Source: Pseudomonadota bacterium
GTDB lineage: Bacteria > Pseudomonadota > Alphaproteobacteria > CACIAM-22H2
NCBI GenBank assembly: GCA_041178225.1
Contig: JBEGVV010000258.1
Span: forward strand, 1,514 to 65,513
Length of the DNA: 64,000 nt
Direction of reading: 5' to 3'
The notes under the pieces were generated by a model. It saw only the letters and a program-made list of their open reading frames with translations, did no database searches and was not told the origin of the DNA. Of this stretch, positions 21,800 to 30,909 are shown piece after piece (position 1 is the stretch's first letter; the number at the start of each line of letters is the position of its first letter). A program made the position numbers and the translations under genes.

Positions 21800-21827
21800 C
21801 GGCGCGAGGCAGGCGACGGGCGCGGCC

Positions 21828-24314
21828 ATGGCGTTCCGCGGCCTCGACGAGGACGAGGCCGCGCGCCGCCTCGCGCAGGCCGGGCCCAATGCCCTGCCCG
21901 CGCCGCGCGGCCGCGGGCTCCTGCGCTTCTTCGCGGAGGTCCTGGAGGAACCGATCTTCCTCCTGCTCGTCGGCGCGGCGGTGCTCTACCTCGCGATCGG
22001 CGACGCCGCGGAGGGCATCCTCATGGCCGGATGCGCGGCGGTCTCCGTCGCGCTGGTCGCCGTGCAGTCCTGGCGCAGCGAGAAGGTGCTCGCGGCGCTC
22101 AAGGGCATCGTCGCGCCGCGCGCCCTCGTCGTGCGCGGCGGCGCGACGCGGCGCGTGGGCGCCGAGACGATCGTCCCGGGCGACTTCGTGGTCCTCGCGC
22201 CCGGGGACCGGGTGCCAGCCGACGGGATCCTGCGCGAGGGCGCCGGACTGGTGCTCGACGAATCCGCGCTGACCGGGGAATCCGTGCCGGTGCGCAAGCG
22301 CGCCAGCGAGGAGCCCGGGCCCGGCGACGCCACGCCGGGCGGCGACGACACGCCCTTCGTCTTCTCCGGCACGCTCGTGCTCTCCGGCGAGGGCATCGCC
22401 GAGGCCACCGCGACGGGGCCGCGCAGCCGCGTCGGCGCGATCGGCGCGGCGCTCGCGACGCTGCGCTGGCCACCCACGCCGCTGCAGCTCGCGACCGCCC
22501 GGCTCGTGCGGCGCCTGGCGCTCGTCGGCGTCGCGCTCTCGATCCTCGTCGGCGCGCTCCACTACGCGCGCGAGGCCGACTGGCTGCAGGCCACGCTGGC
22601 CGGCATCACGCTCGCGATGAGCGCGATGCCGGAGGAACTGCCGATGGTCCTCGCGATCTTCCTCGCGATGGGGGCGTGGCGGCTGTCGCGCCATGGCGTC
22701 CTCGCGCGGCAGCCAAGCGCCGTGCTCGCGCTCGGCGCCACCACGGTGCTGTGCGTCGACAAGACGGGCACGATCACCGAGAACCGCATCCGCCTGGAGC
22801 GCATGGCCATCCCGGGCGCTGTCGCCGGCGTCGAAGAGGCGGTGGCCGATGCGCGCTTCGCGCCCCTGCGCGCCGCGGCGCTCCATGCCTCGCACCCCCA
22901 GGGCGGCGATCCGATGGACCGCGCGACGCATGCGCTTGGCCCTGCGCCGGCGGGAGGCGCGCTGCGCGAGTACCCGATCGAGGCGCGCAGGCCACGCGTC
23001 GCCTTCGCCTGGCCGGATGGCGCAGGCGTGCTCGTCGCGGCCAAGGGCGCGCCCGAGGAGATCGCGCGCCTCTGCCGCCTCGACGCGGACGCCGCGCGCG
23101 CGGCCATGGCCAGCGTCGAGGTGCTGGCCGCCGAGGGATTGCGCGTCCTCGCCGTGGCCACGGCGCGCGCGCCGTCGGCTCCCGACGAGATCGACGGCCT
23201 CGCCTTCGCCTGGGCGGGGCTGCTCGCCTACGGCGACCCGGTCCGCAAGTCCGCGCGCGCGAGCATCGAGGAATGCCTCGCCGCCGGCATCGAGGTCGTG
23301 ATGATCACCGGCGACTATCCTGCGACGGCCTGCGCGGTTGCGCGCCACGCAGGCATCGACGCGACCGGCCACTCCATGTCCGGCGCCGAGGTCGCGCGGC
23401 TCGACGACGCGGCGCTGCGCGAGGCGGTCGCCGGCAAGCGCGTCTTCGCGCGCACCGAGCCCGGGCAGAAGCTGCGCATCGTCGAGGCGCTGCGCGCGCG
23501 CGGCCATGTCGTCGCGATGACCGGGGATGGCGTCAACGACGCGCCGGCGCTGCGCGCGGCGCATGTCGGCGTGGCCATGGGCAGCCGCGGCACCGACGTC
23601 GCGCGCGAGGCCGCGGGCCTCGTCGTGCTCAACGACGACCTCGGCTCGATCGTCTCCGCGATCCGCCTCGGCCGGCGCATCGCCGACAACATCCGCAAGG
23701 CGATGGTGTTCGTCGTCGCGGTCCACGTCCCACTTGTCGGCCTCGCCCTGCTGCCGCTGCTGCTCGGCTGGCCGCCGATGCTCGCGCCGGTTCACGTCAT
23801 CTTCCTCGAGCTCGTCATCGACCCGACCTGCGCGATCGTCTTCGAGGCGCAGGAGGCCGAGCGCCGCGCCATGCGCCGCCCGCCGCGGCCCGCCAGCCGC
23901 ACCGTCGCCTCGCCGCTCACCATCGCGCTCGCGGTGGCGCAGGGCTGCGCCCTGCTCGCCTGCGCCTTCGCGGCCTATGGCGGCGCGCTCGGGCTCGGCC
24001 TGCCCCATGGGGAGGCGCGCGCGCTCGGCTTCGTGGCCCTGGTCGCCGGCACGCTCTGCCTCGCGCTCACCAACCTGTCCTGGGACGACTTCGCCTTCGC
24101 GCCGCGGATCCTCTCCCATCCCGCCGTTGCCCTCGCCGCCGGCGCGACCAGCGCGATGCTCGCGCTGCTCCTCGCATGGCCGGCCGCGCGCGGCGTCTTC
24201 GGCTTCGCGGTCCCCGCGGCGGGGCCCCTCGCCATCGCGGTCGTGGCCGGCGCCGCCTCGGTGCTCTGGTTCGAGGCGGTGAAGCGCGGCGGGCTGATGG
24301 CGCGCGGGGCCTGA
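21828..24314 (+). CDS. Cation-transporting P-type ATPase (type II, Ca2+/Mg2+-like)
   Basis: DKTGTIT phosphorylation motif, TGES, MITGD and TGDGVNDAPAL. Confidence 0.9.
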   Translation: MAFRGLDEDEAARRLAQAGPNALPAPRGRGLLRFFAEVLEEPIFLLLVGAAVLYLAIGDAAEGILMAGCAAVSVALVAVQSWRSEKVLAALKGIVAPRALVVRGGATRRVGAETIVPGDFVVLAPGDRVPADGILREGAGLVLDESALTGESVPVRKRASEEPGPGDATPGGDDTPFVFSGTLVLSGEGIAEATATGPRSRVGAIGAALATLRWPPTPLQLATARLVRRLALVGVALSILVGALHYAREADWLQATLAGITLAMSAMPEELPMVLAIFLAMGAWRLSRHGVLARQPSAVLALGATTVLCVDKTGTITENRIRLERMAIPGAVAGVEEAVADARFAPLRAAALHASHPQGGDPMDRATHALGPAPAGGALREYPIEARRPRVAFAWPDGAGVLVAAKGAPEEIARLCRLDADAARAAMASVEVLAAEGLRVLAVATARAPSAPDEIDGLAFAWAGLLAYGDPVRKSARASIEECLAAGIEVVMITGDYPATACAVARHAGIDATGHSMSGAEVARLDDAALREAVAGKRVFARTEPGQKLRIVEALRARGHVVAMTGDGVNDAPALRAAHVGVAMGSRGTDVAREAAGLVVLNDDLGSIVSAIRLGRRIADNIRKAMVFVVAVHVPLVGLALLPLLLGWPPMLAPVHVIFLELVIDPTCAIVFEAQEAERRAMRRPPRPASRTVASPLTIALAVAQGCALLACAFAAYGGALGLGLPHGEARALGFVALVAGTLCLALTNLSWDDFAFAPRILSHPAVALAAGATSAMLALLLAWPAARGVFGFAVPAAGPLAIAVVAGAASVLWFEAVKRGGLMARGA

Positions 24315-24388
24315 GCGGCGATTTTCCTGAGGCGCGCGACGCGCGCTTGCCCTTACTCTCGCCCCGCCCAAGCCAGGAAGGAAGACAC

Positions 24389-25195
24389 ATGCCGCTCCGC
24401 ATCGCCATCGCAGGCCTCGGCGCCATCGGCGCCGCCGTCGCGCGCCGCATCGACGCCGGCATCGAGGGCCTCGAGCTCGTCGCCGTCGCCGGCCGCGACG
24501 AGGCGAAGACGCGCGACGCGGTCGCCGGCTTCGCGCGACGCCCCGAGGTCATGGGCTCGACGCGGCTGGGCGAGGTCGCGGACGTGGTCGTCGACTGCGC
24601 CCCGGGCCCCCAGCTCGGCGAGATCGCGGAGCCCGCGCTCGATCGCGGCCGCATCGTCGTGACCGCGAACGCCGCCGTGCTCCTCGACCGCATGGACCTC
24701 GTCGATCGCGCGCGCGCGCATGGCGGGCGCGTCATCGTGCCGACCGGCGCGCTGCTCGGCCTCGACGCCGTGCGCGCCGCGGCTGAGAGCCGCGTCGACA
24801 GCGTCACGATGATCACGCGCAAGCCGCCCAAGGGCCTCGCGGGCGCGCCCTACCTCGTCCAGAACGGGATCGACGTGATGTCCTTCGCGGAATCGACGCG
24901 CGTCTTCGCGGGCTCGGCGCGCGAGGCGGCGCGCGGATTCCCGGCGAACGTCAACGTCGCCGCGGCGCTGAGCCTCGCGGGCATCGGCCCGGACCGCACG
25001 CGCATCGAGATCTGGGCCGAGCCGACCAGCGGCCGCAACCAGCACACGATCGAGGTCGAGGCCGAGGCCGCGCGCTTCACCATGACCATCGCCGGCGTGC
25101 CGAGTGCCGAGAACCCGCGCACGGGCAGGCTGACGCCGCTGAGCGTCGTCGCCTGCCTGCGCGGCCTCGTCTCGCCCCTGCGCGTCGGCACCTGA
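24389..25195 (+). CDS. Aspartate dehydrogenase-like protein (NadX/DUF108 family)
   Basis: 269 aa with an N-terminal Rossmann motif IAIAGLGAIG. AGGAAGGAAG ribosome-binding site upstream. Confidence 0.65.
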   Translation: MPLRIAIAGLGAIGAAVARRIDAGIEGLELVAVAGRDEAKTRDAVAGFARRPEVMGSTRLGEVADVVVDCAPGPQLGEIAEPALDRGRIVVTANAAVLLDRMDLVDRARAHGGRVIVPTGALLGLDAVRAAAESRVDSVTMITRKPPKGLAGAPYLVQNGIDVMSFAESTRVFAGSAREAARGFPANVNVAAALSLAGIGPDRTRIEIWAEPTSGRNQHTIEVEAEAARFTMTIAGVPSAENPRTGRLTPLSVVACLRGLVSPLRVGT

Positions 25196-25202
25196 CGGCG
25201 CG

Positions 25203-26828
25203 ATGACCTCCGGCCGGGACCCGGAGGCGCCACCGCCCCCGCCCGCGCGCGACCTGGCCCTCCTGCGCGAGGCGGACCGGCTCGCGGCCAGCGGCGACGC
25301 GCGCGGCGCGCTCGCGCTGTTCGACGCGGCATCGCGAGGGCCGCTGGCCGCGTATGCGCTGCTGCGCACGGGCCAGCTCCTCCATGCGCAGGGCGCGCAT
25401 GCGGCGGCGATGGACGCGCTCGGCCGGGCGGCCATGCTGCGCCCGGGCGATGCGCCGATCCTCTTCGCGCTGGGCAACGCCGCGCGCGACCTCGGGCGCG
25501 TGGACGAGGCCGAGGCGCATTTCCGCGCCGCGCTTGGCGTGGCTCCGGCGAGCCCGGAGCCAGCCGTGAACCTCGCCAACCTCCTCCGCAGGCAGGGCCG
25601 CGCGGCCGAGGCGCAAGCGATCCTCTCCGCCTCGCTCGCGCGCAATCCGGGCTCGGCGGCGCTGCACGAGGCCGCCGGCCTCGCCGCGCTTGACGCGCGC
25701 GACCACGAGGCCGCCTGCGCCAGCCTCCTCGAGGCGCTGCGCCTCGCGCCGGGCCGCGCCGAGACGCAGGCCAACCTCGCCGAGGCGCAGGCCGGGGCGG
25801 GCCGCCACGGCGAGGCGGTGCGCCTGCTCGATGCCGCCATCCCGCGCCTCGCCGACCCTTCGCTCGCGCGCCTCAACCGCGCCCATGCGCTGATGGCGCT
25901 GGGCCGCTGGACGGAGGCCTGGATCGACTACGAGGCAAGGTTCGGCAGGGCATCCATGGCGGGCGCCGCGCGGCACCCCTCCCGGATCCCCCTGCCCGCC
26001 TGGCGCGGCGGCCCGGCGCCGGCAGGTCCTCTCCTCGTCTGGGGCGAACAGGGCCTGGGCGACGAGATCGTCGGCGCCAGCCTCCTGCCCGCTCTTGCCG
26101 GGCAGGTGGGCGAAATCGTGGTCGAGGCGAGTCCTCGCCTCGTCGCGCTCCTCGCGCGCAGCTTCCCGGGCCTGCGCGTCGTCGCGCGCGACGACGCGTC
26201 CGTGCCCCAGGGCTGCGTGGCGCATGTCCCGATGGGAAGCCTGATGGCGATCCTGGGATGGACGCCCGCGCGGATGCCGATGCCAGCCGTGCTCGTGGCG
26301 GACCGCGCGCGCGCCGAAGCCGCCGCGGCACGGCATCGCCGCCCCGGCCGCCGGCTCGTCGGCCTCGCCTGGGCGAGCGGCGCGGCCGGCGGGCTCGGCG
26401 CGCTGAAGACGCTGCCGCGCGACGAGCTCGCGCGCCTCGTCCGCGGGAGCGACGCCGTCTTCCTCGACCTGCAATATGGCGATACCGAAAGGACGCGCGC
26501 CGAGCTCGCCGCGGCGACCGGCGCGGAGATCCTCCGCGACCGCGAGATCGACGTGCGATCGGACATCGACGGGCTGGCCGCGCTCTGCGCCGCCTGCGAC
26601 GCGGTCGTCACCACGAGCAACGTCACGGCGCATGTCGCAGGCGCGCTCGGCGCCGAGACGCATGTCCTCGTGCCGTCCGGCCACGCGCAGCTCTGGTACT
26701 GGACGCCCTCGCCCGGCGCGGCCGCGTTCTACGCGCGCGCCACGCTCCACCGGCAGGACGGCGCCGGCTGGCGCGGCGCGGTCGATTCCGTCCGCGCGGC
26801 GCTCGCCGTCAGGCCACCCACTCGCTGA
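25203..26828 (+). CDS. TPR-repeat protein with a C-terminal GT9 (heptosyltransferase-like) domain; paralog of 14286..16178
   Basis: TPR units are followed by GEQGLGDEIVGASLLP and a GT9-like C-terminus. Confidence 0.7.
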   Translation: MTSGRDPEAPPPPPARDLALLREADRLAASGDARGALALFDAASRGPLAAYALLRTGQLLHAQGAHAAAMDALGRAAMLRPGDAPILFALGNAARDLGRVDEAEAHFRAALGVAPASPEPAVNLANLLRRQGRAAEAQAILSASLARNPGSAALHEAAGLAALDARDHEAACASLLEALRLAPGRAETQANLAEAQAGAGRHGEAVRLLDAAIPRLADPSLARLNRAHALMALGRWTEAWIDYEARFGRASMAGAARHPSRIPLPAWRGGPAPAGPLLVWGEQGLGDEIVGASLLPALAGQVGEIVVEASPRLVALLARSFPGLRVVARDDASVPQGCVAHVPMGSLMAILGWTPARMPMPAVLVADRARAEAAAARHRRPGRRLVGLAWASGAAGGLGALKTLPRDELARLVRGSDAVFLDLQYGDTERTRAELAAATGAEILRDREIDVRSDIDGLAALCAACDAVVTTSNVTAHVAGALGAETHVLVPSGHAQLWYWTPSPGAAAFYARATLHRQDGAGWRGAVDSVRAALAVRPPTR

Positions 26829-28485
26829 CCGGCGCGCGCGCCTCGTTGAGCGGCTGGCAGACGACGTCGACGAGCGTCGGCCCGCCATGCTCGATCGCGG
26901 TGCGGAGCGTCTGGCGCAGTTCCGCGGGATCCTCGACGCGCCAGCTCCTGACACCGAAGGCCGCGGCCACGGCGGCATGGTCGGTGCGGTTGAAGTCGAC
27001 GGAGAAGTAGCGGCCGTCATAGCCGGTCTTCTGGCCGGCCTTGATCCAGCCAAAGACCGAGTTGGAGACGACGACCATGGTCACCGGCACGCGGTTGCGG
27101 ACGATGGTCTCCATCTCGCCGCAGGAGAAGCCGAAGCTGCCGTCGCCCATCACGGCGACGACCTTCGACGACGGCCGCCCGTACCACGCCCCCACCGCGC
27201 CGGGCAGCGAGTAGCCGAGCGCGCCATGGGCGCGGTTGGTGATGAACCAGCGGCCCGCGCGGTGCTTCGGGTAGAAGGCCGAGAAATAGGGGCAGGGCGT
27301 GCCGGGATCCGCGACGATGACGGCGTCGTCGCCGAGCACGGCCGCGAGCTCGGCGACCAGCCGCTCGGGCTTGATAGGCCGGTCGTCGGAGAGCGCGAGC
27401 GGCCTGTAGGCGGCCTCCTTCTCCGCGCGCGCCTTCGCGACCATCGCGATCGCCCCGGACGGGTCGCGGCGCGCCACGGCCGAGGCGAGCGCCGCGAGCG
27501 CGAGGCGGGCATCGCCCACGACGCCGGCCTCGGTCTGGAAATTGGCGCCGATCACGCCCGGCTCCACGTCGACATGGACGATGCGCGTGCCGGGCCTCGG
27601 GTGGCGCCAGCGCTCGGTCGTGACCGACCCCGCGCGGCAGCCCACGAACACGACGAGGTCCGCGGCATCGACGATCGCGCGCGTCGCCGCGACGCCGCCA
27701 TTCGAGCCGACGACGCCCGCATGCAGCGGATGCGAATCCGGCATCGAGCCCTGGCCGCTTATCGTCGTGCAGACCGGCGCGCCGATGCGCTCGGCCAGCG
27801 CCGCGAGCTCGGCCTCGGCGTGGGAGAGCACGACGCCGCCGCCAAGCACCAGCACCGGCCGCGTCGCGGAGTCGATCGCCCTCGCGGCCGCCTCGATCGC
27901 GGCGGGATCGGGCGCCACGCGCGCGGCGGGCGCGGCGCCGAAGCGCCGGTCGGCCCAGACGTCCTGCTCGTCGACCGGCGCCTTCTGCACGTCGAAGGGA
28001 AGTCCGAGATGCACCGCGCCCGGACGGCCCGTCGTCATGGTGCGGAAGGCGCGCCGCAGGATCGACGGTATGTCGGCCGCGCGATCGATCACGCTCGTCC
28101 ACTTGGAGAGCGGCCGGAACAGCGCCTCCTGGTCGAGCTCGGTCAGGGTGTACTTGCCGCGCGAGGACACGGAGATGTCCGTCGTCACGGCCAGCAGCGG
28201 GATCGAGCTCTCGTGCGCCTCGACCACGCCGGGAAGGATGTAGGTCGCGCCGCCGCCCGAGGGCCCCTCGCAGACGCCGACCTTGCCGGTGACCCGCGCG
28301 TAGCAATCCGCCATGTAGGCCGCGGAGCGCTCGTCGCGGGTCAGGACATGGGTGATCCCGTGGTCGAGCCGCGCGAGCGCGTCGTAGAGCGGCAGGCTCG
28401 TGTCGCCGCACAGCCCGAAGACATGCGTGACGCCATGGTGCTGGAGCATGCGCACGAAGGCTTCGGCGCCGGAGAGCTGGTTCAT
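26809..28485 (-). CDS. Thiamine-diphosphate-dependent enzyme (acetolactate synthase large subunit / benzoylformate-decarboxylase-like)
   Basis: 558 aa. It has the ThDP N-terminal domain HVFGLCGDTSLPLYDAL and a GDGSF ThDP-binding motif. Confidence 0.85.
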   Translation of the reverse strand: MNQLSGAEAFVRMLQHHGVTHVFGLCGDTSLPLYDALARLDHGITHVLTRDERSAAYMADCYARVTGKVGVCEGPSGGGATYILPGVVEAHESSIPLLAVTTDISVSSRGKYTLTELDQEALFRPLSKWTSVIDRAADIPSILRRAFRTMTTGRPGAVHLGLPFDVQKAPVDEQDVWADRRFGAAPAARVAPDPAAIEAAARAIDSATRPVLVLGGGVVLSHAEAELAALAERIGAPVCTTISGQGSMPDSHPLHAGVVGSNGGVAATRAIVDAADLVVFVGCRAGSVTTERWRHPRPGTRIVHVDVEPGVIGANFQTEAGVVGDARLALAALASAVARRDPSGAIAMVAKARAEKEAAYRPLALSDDRPIKPERLVAELAAVLGDDAVIVADPGTPCPYFSAFYPKHRAGRWFITNRAHGALGYSLPGAVGAWYGRPSSKVVAVMGDGSFGFSCGEMETIVRNRVPVTMVVVSNSVFGWIKAGQKTGYDGRYFSVDFNRTDHAAVAAAFGVRSWRVEDPAELRQTLRTAIEHGGPTLVDVVCQPLNEARAPVSEWVA

Positions 28486-28621
28486 CGCTTCGACCTTTCC
28501 GGTTTTCCCGCCGCGAGACTAGCGCCCCCGGGCGATGCCGAGTAGCGCCGCGACGCGGTGCCCGCCCCGCGCGAGGCCGCGATTGACGGAGGCGGCGCGC
28601 ATCCGCCCTACTGCGGGGCCC
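28486..28621. promoter_or_regulatory. Divergent intergenic region between the ThDP enzyme and the kinase-enolase-peptidase tricistron
   Basis: 136-bp gap between divergent starts. Confidence 0.3.
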
Positions 28622-29641
28622 ATGCAGGACAGCCTCGTCGAGATCCTCTCCGCGCTCCGCCGGCTCGGGCTCGTGCGGGGAGACGCCGATCCTCCCGCCG
28701 AGCCCCTCGCCGGCGGCGTGTCCTCCGACATATGGCGCATCGACCTTCCCGGCGGCGCGATCTGCGTGAAGCGCGCGCTCGCCCGGCTGCGCGTCGCGCA
28801 GGACTGGCGCGCGCCGGTCGAGCGCAACGCCTTCGAGGTCGCGTGGATGGAGGTCGCGGGCGAGGCCGTGCCAGGCGCCGTGCCGCGCCTCGTCGCCGTC
28901 GACGACGCTACGAAGCTCTTCGCGATGGAGTTCCTCGACCCGCGGACGCATCCGCTGTGGAAGGCGCGGCTGCGCGACGGGATCGCCGAGCCGCCGGTCG
29001 CGCGCGCCGTCGGCGAGCGCCTCGCGCGCATCCACGCCGCGACGGCCGGCCGCGACGACGTGGCGGCGCGGTTCCGCAGCGACGCGATCTTCCACGCGAT
29101 CCGCCTCGAGCCCTACCTGCTCGCCACCGCGCGCCGCCATCCCGACCTCGCGCCGCGGCTGGAGGCGCTCGTCGCGCGCACGGCCGCGACGCGCCTCGCG
29201 CTGGTGCACGGCGACGTCAGCCCGAAGAACATCCTGGCCGGCCCGAGCGGCCCGGTCTTCCTCGACGCCGAGTGCGCCTGGTACGGGGACCCGGCCTTCG
29301 ACGCGGCCTTCTGCCTCAACCATCTCCTGCTCAAGGCGGCATGGCGGCCGGCGCACGCGATCGCCTATCTCTCCCTCTTCGACGCTTTGCGGCGGTCCTA
29401 CCTCGCGGGCTGCGACTGGGAGCCGGTCGCCGGGCTCGAGGCGCGCATCGCCGCCCTTCTGCCCGCGCTCCTCCTGGCACGCGTCGACGGCAAGTCGCCG
29501 GTCGAGTACATCGTCGACGACGCGATGCGCGACGCGGTCCGCCGCGTCGCGCGCCCCCTTGTCGCCGCCCCTCCGGCCGACATCTCCGCCATCCGCGCGG
29601 CCTGGGCCGCCGAAACCGCCAGCTGGAGCCGCCATCCATGA
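28622..29641 (+). CDS. Kinase of the MtnK (methylthioribose kinase)/APH phosphotransferase superfamily
   Basis: VHGDVSPKNIL and DAECAWYGDPAFDAAFCLNHLLL match the MtnK HGDLHTGS / DPEFAFYGPxGFD motifs. Start MQDSLVEILSALRR. Confidence 0.7.
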   Translation: MQDSLVEILSALRRLGLVRGDADPPAEPLAGGVSSDIWRIDLPGGAICVKRALARLRVAQDWRAPVERNAFEVAWMEVAGEAVPGAVPRLVAVDDATKLFAMEFLDPRTHPLWKARLRDGIAEPPVARAVGERLARIHAATAGRDDVAARFRSDAIFHAIRLEPYLLATARRHPDLAPRLEALVARTAATRLALVHGDVSPKNILAGPSGPVFLDAECAWYGDPAFDAAFCLNHLLLKAAWRPAHAIAYLSLFDALRRSYLAGCDWEPVAGLEARIAALLPALLLARVDGKSPVEYIVDDAMRDAVRRVARPLVAAPPADISAIRAAWAAETASWSRHP

Positions 29642-30909
29642 CATCGACCCGCATCGCCCGCATCCATGGACGGCGCGTCTGGGACTCCCGCGGCCGGCCC
29701 ACGGTCGAGGCCGAGGTCGAGCTCGCGGGCGGCGCGACCGGCCGCGCCATCGCGCCCGCCGGCGCCTCGACCGGCTCGGGCGAGGCCGTCGACCTGCGCG
29801 ACGGTGGCGGCTCGCAGGGAGGCCTCGACGTCACGAAGGCCGTCGGCAACGTGAACGGGGACATCGCGAGCCTGCTGCAGGGCATGGACGCCGCCGACCA
29901 GGGCGCGGTCGATGCCGAGCTGGTCGCGCTCGACGGCACGCCGACGAAGCGGCGCCTGGGCGGCAACGCGACGATCGCCGTCTCCATGGCCGTGGCCCAT
30001 GCCTCGGCGGCGCAGCGCGGCCTGCCGCTCTGGCGCCATCTCGGCGGCGAGCGGCCGCTGGTCGCGCTGCCGGAGATCCAGGTCATCGGCGGCGGCGCGC
30101 ATGCCGCCGCGCGCGTCGACCTGCAGGATTTCCTCGTCATCGCGACCGGCGCGTCCTCGGTCGCCGAGGCGCTCGACTGGACGGGCGACGTCTATCGCGC
30201 CGCTGGCGCCATCCTGAAGGAGCGCGGCCTGCTGCAGGGCGTCGCCGACGAGGGCGGCTGGTGGCCGGCCTTCGAGTCCAACGAGGCCGCGCTCGAGACG
30301 CTCTATCGCGCGATCGAGAAGGCGGGCTTCGCGCCGGGGCGCGAGATGTCGATCTCGCTCGACATCGCCGCCACCCAGTTCCACGACAAGGGCAGCTACA
30401 GGCTGCGCCGCGACGACCGCACGATGGACGCCGCCGCGCTCGGCGCGATGCTCGCGCGCTGGGCCGACGACTACCGGATCGTGGCGATCGAGGATCCGGT
30501 CGCGGAGACCGATGCCGAGGGCATGGTGGCCTTCACCCGCGCCGTCGGCGCGCGTTGCCTCGTCGTCGGCGACGACTTCCTTGTGACCAACGCCGCGCGC
30601 ATCCGCGCCGCGGCGGCGGCAGGCGCCTGCAACACCGCGCTGATCAAGCCCAACCAGGCCGGAACGCTGAGCGAGACGAAGGCGGCCTTCGACGCCGCGC
30701 GCGCGGCCGGCTGGCGCACGATCGTCTCGGCGCGCTCGGGCGAGACCGAGGATTGCACCATCGTCCACCTCGCCGCCGCATGGGGCGCGGACCTCCTCAA
30801 GGTCGGCTCCTTCGCGCGCGGCGAGCGGACCGCGAAATGGAACGAGAGCCTGCGCCTCGCGGAAGTCGAGGGCGCGGGCTTCACGCGCTGGAAACCGATC
30901 GGGGGATGA
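29638..30909 (+). CDS. Divergent enolase-family protein (paralog; probably not the housekeeping eno)
   Basis: WDSRGRPTVEAEV, GASTG, ADEGG, IKPNQAGTLSET and SARSGETED are enolase signatures, but His is replaced by Ala in SHRSGETED and QEF is replaced by QDF. The ATG overlaps the kinase stop (ATGA). Confidence 0.8.
   Translation: MTSTRIARIHGRRVWDSRGRPTVEAEVELAGGATGRAIAPAGASTGSGEAVDLRDGGGSQGGLDVTKAVGNVNGDIASLLQGMDAADQGAVDAELVALDGTPTKRRLGGNATIAVSMAVAHASAAQRGLPLWRHLGGERPLVALPEIQVIGGGAHAAARVDLQDFLVIATGASSVAEALDWTGDVYRAAGAILKERGLLQGVADEGGWWPAFESNEAALETLYRAIEKAGFAPGREMSISLDIAATQFHDKGSYRLRRDDRTMDAAALGAMLARWADDYRIVAIEDPVAETDAEGMVAFTRAVGARCLVVGDDFLVTNAARIRAAAAAGACNTALIKPNQAGTLSETKAAFDAARAAGWRTIVSARSGETEDCTIVHLAAAWGADLLKVGSFARGERTAKWNESLRLAEVEGAGFTRWKPIGG

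Noticed and set aside
28622-29641. The kinase as an aminoglycoside-resistance APH gene.
   Set aside because: Its Brenner and DFG-region motifs (HGDVSPKNIL, DAECAWYGDPAFD) resemble methylthioribose/choline-type small-molecule kinases. It is translationally coupled to metabolic enzymes and there is no mobile-element context.
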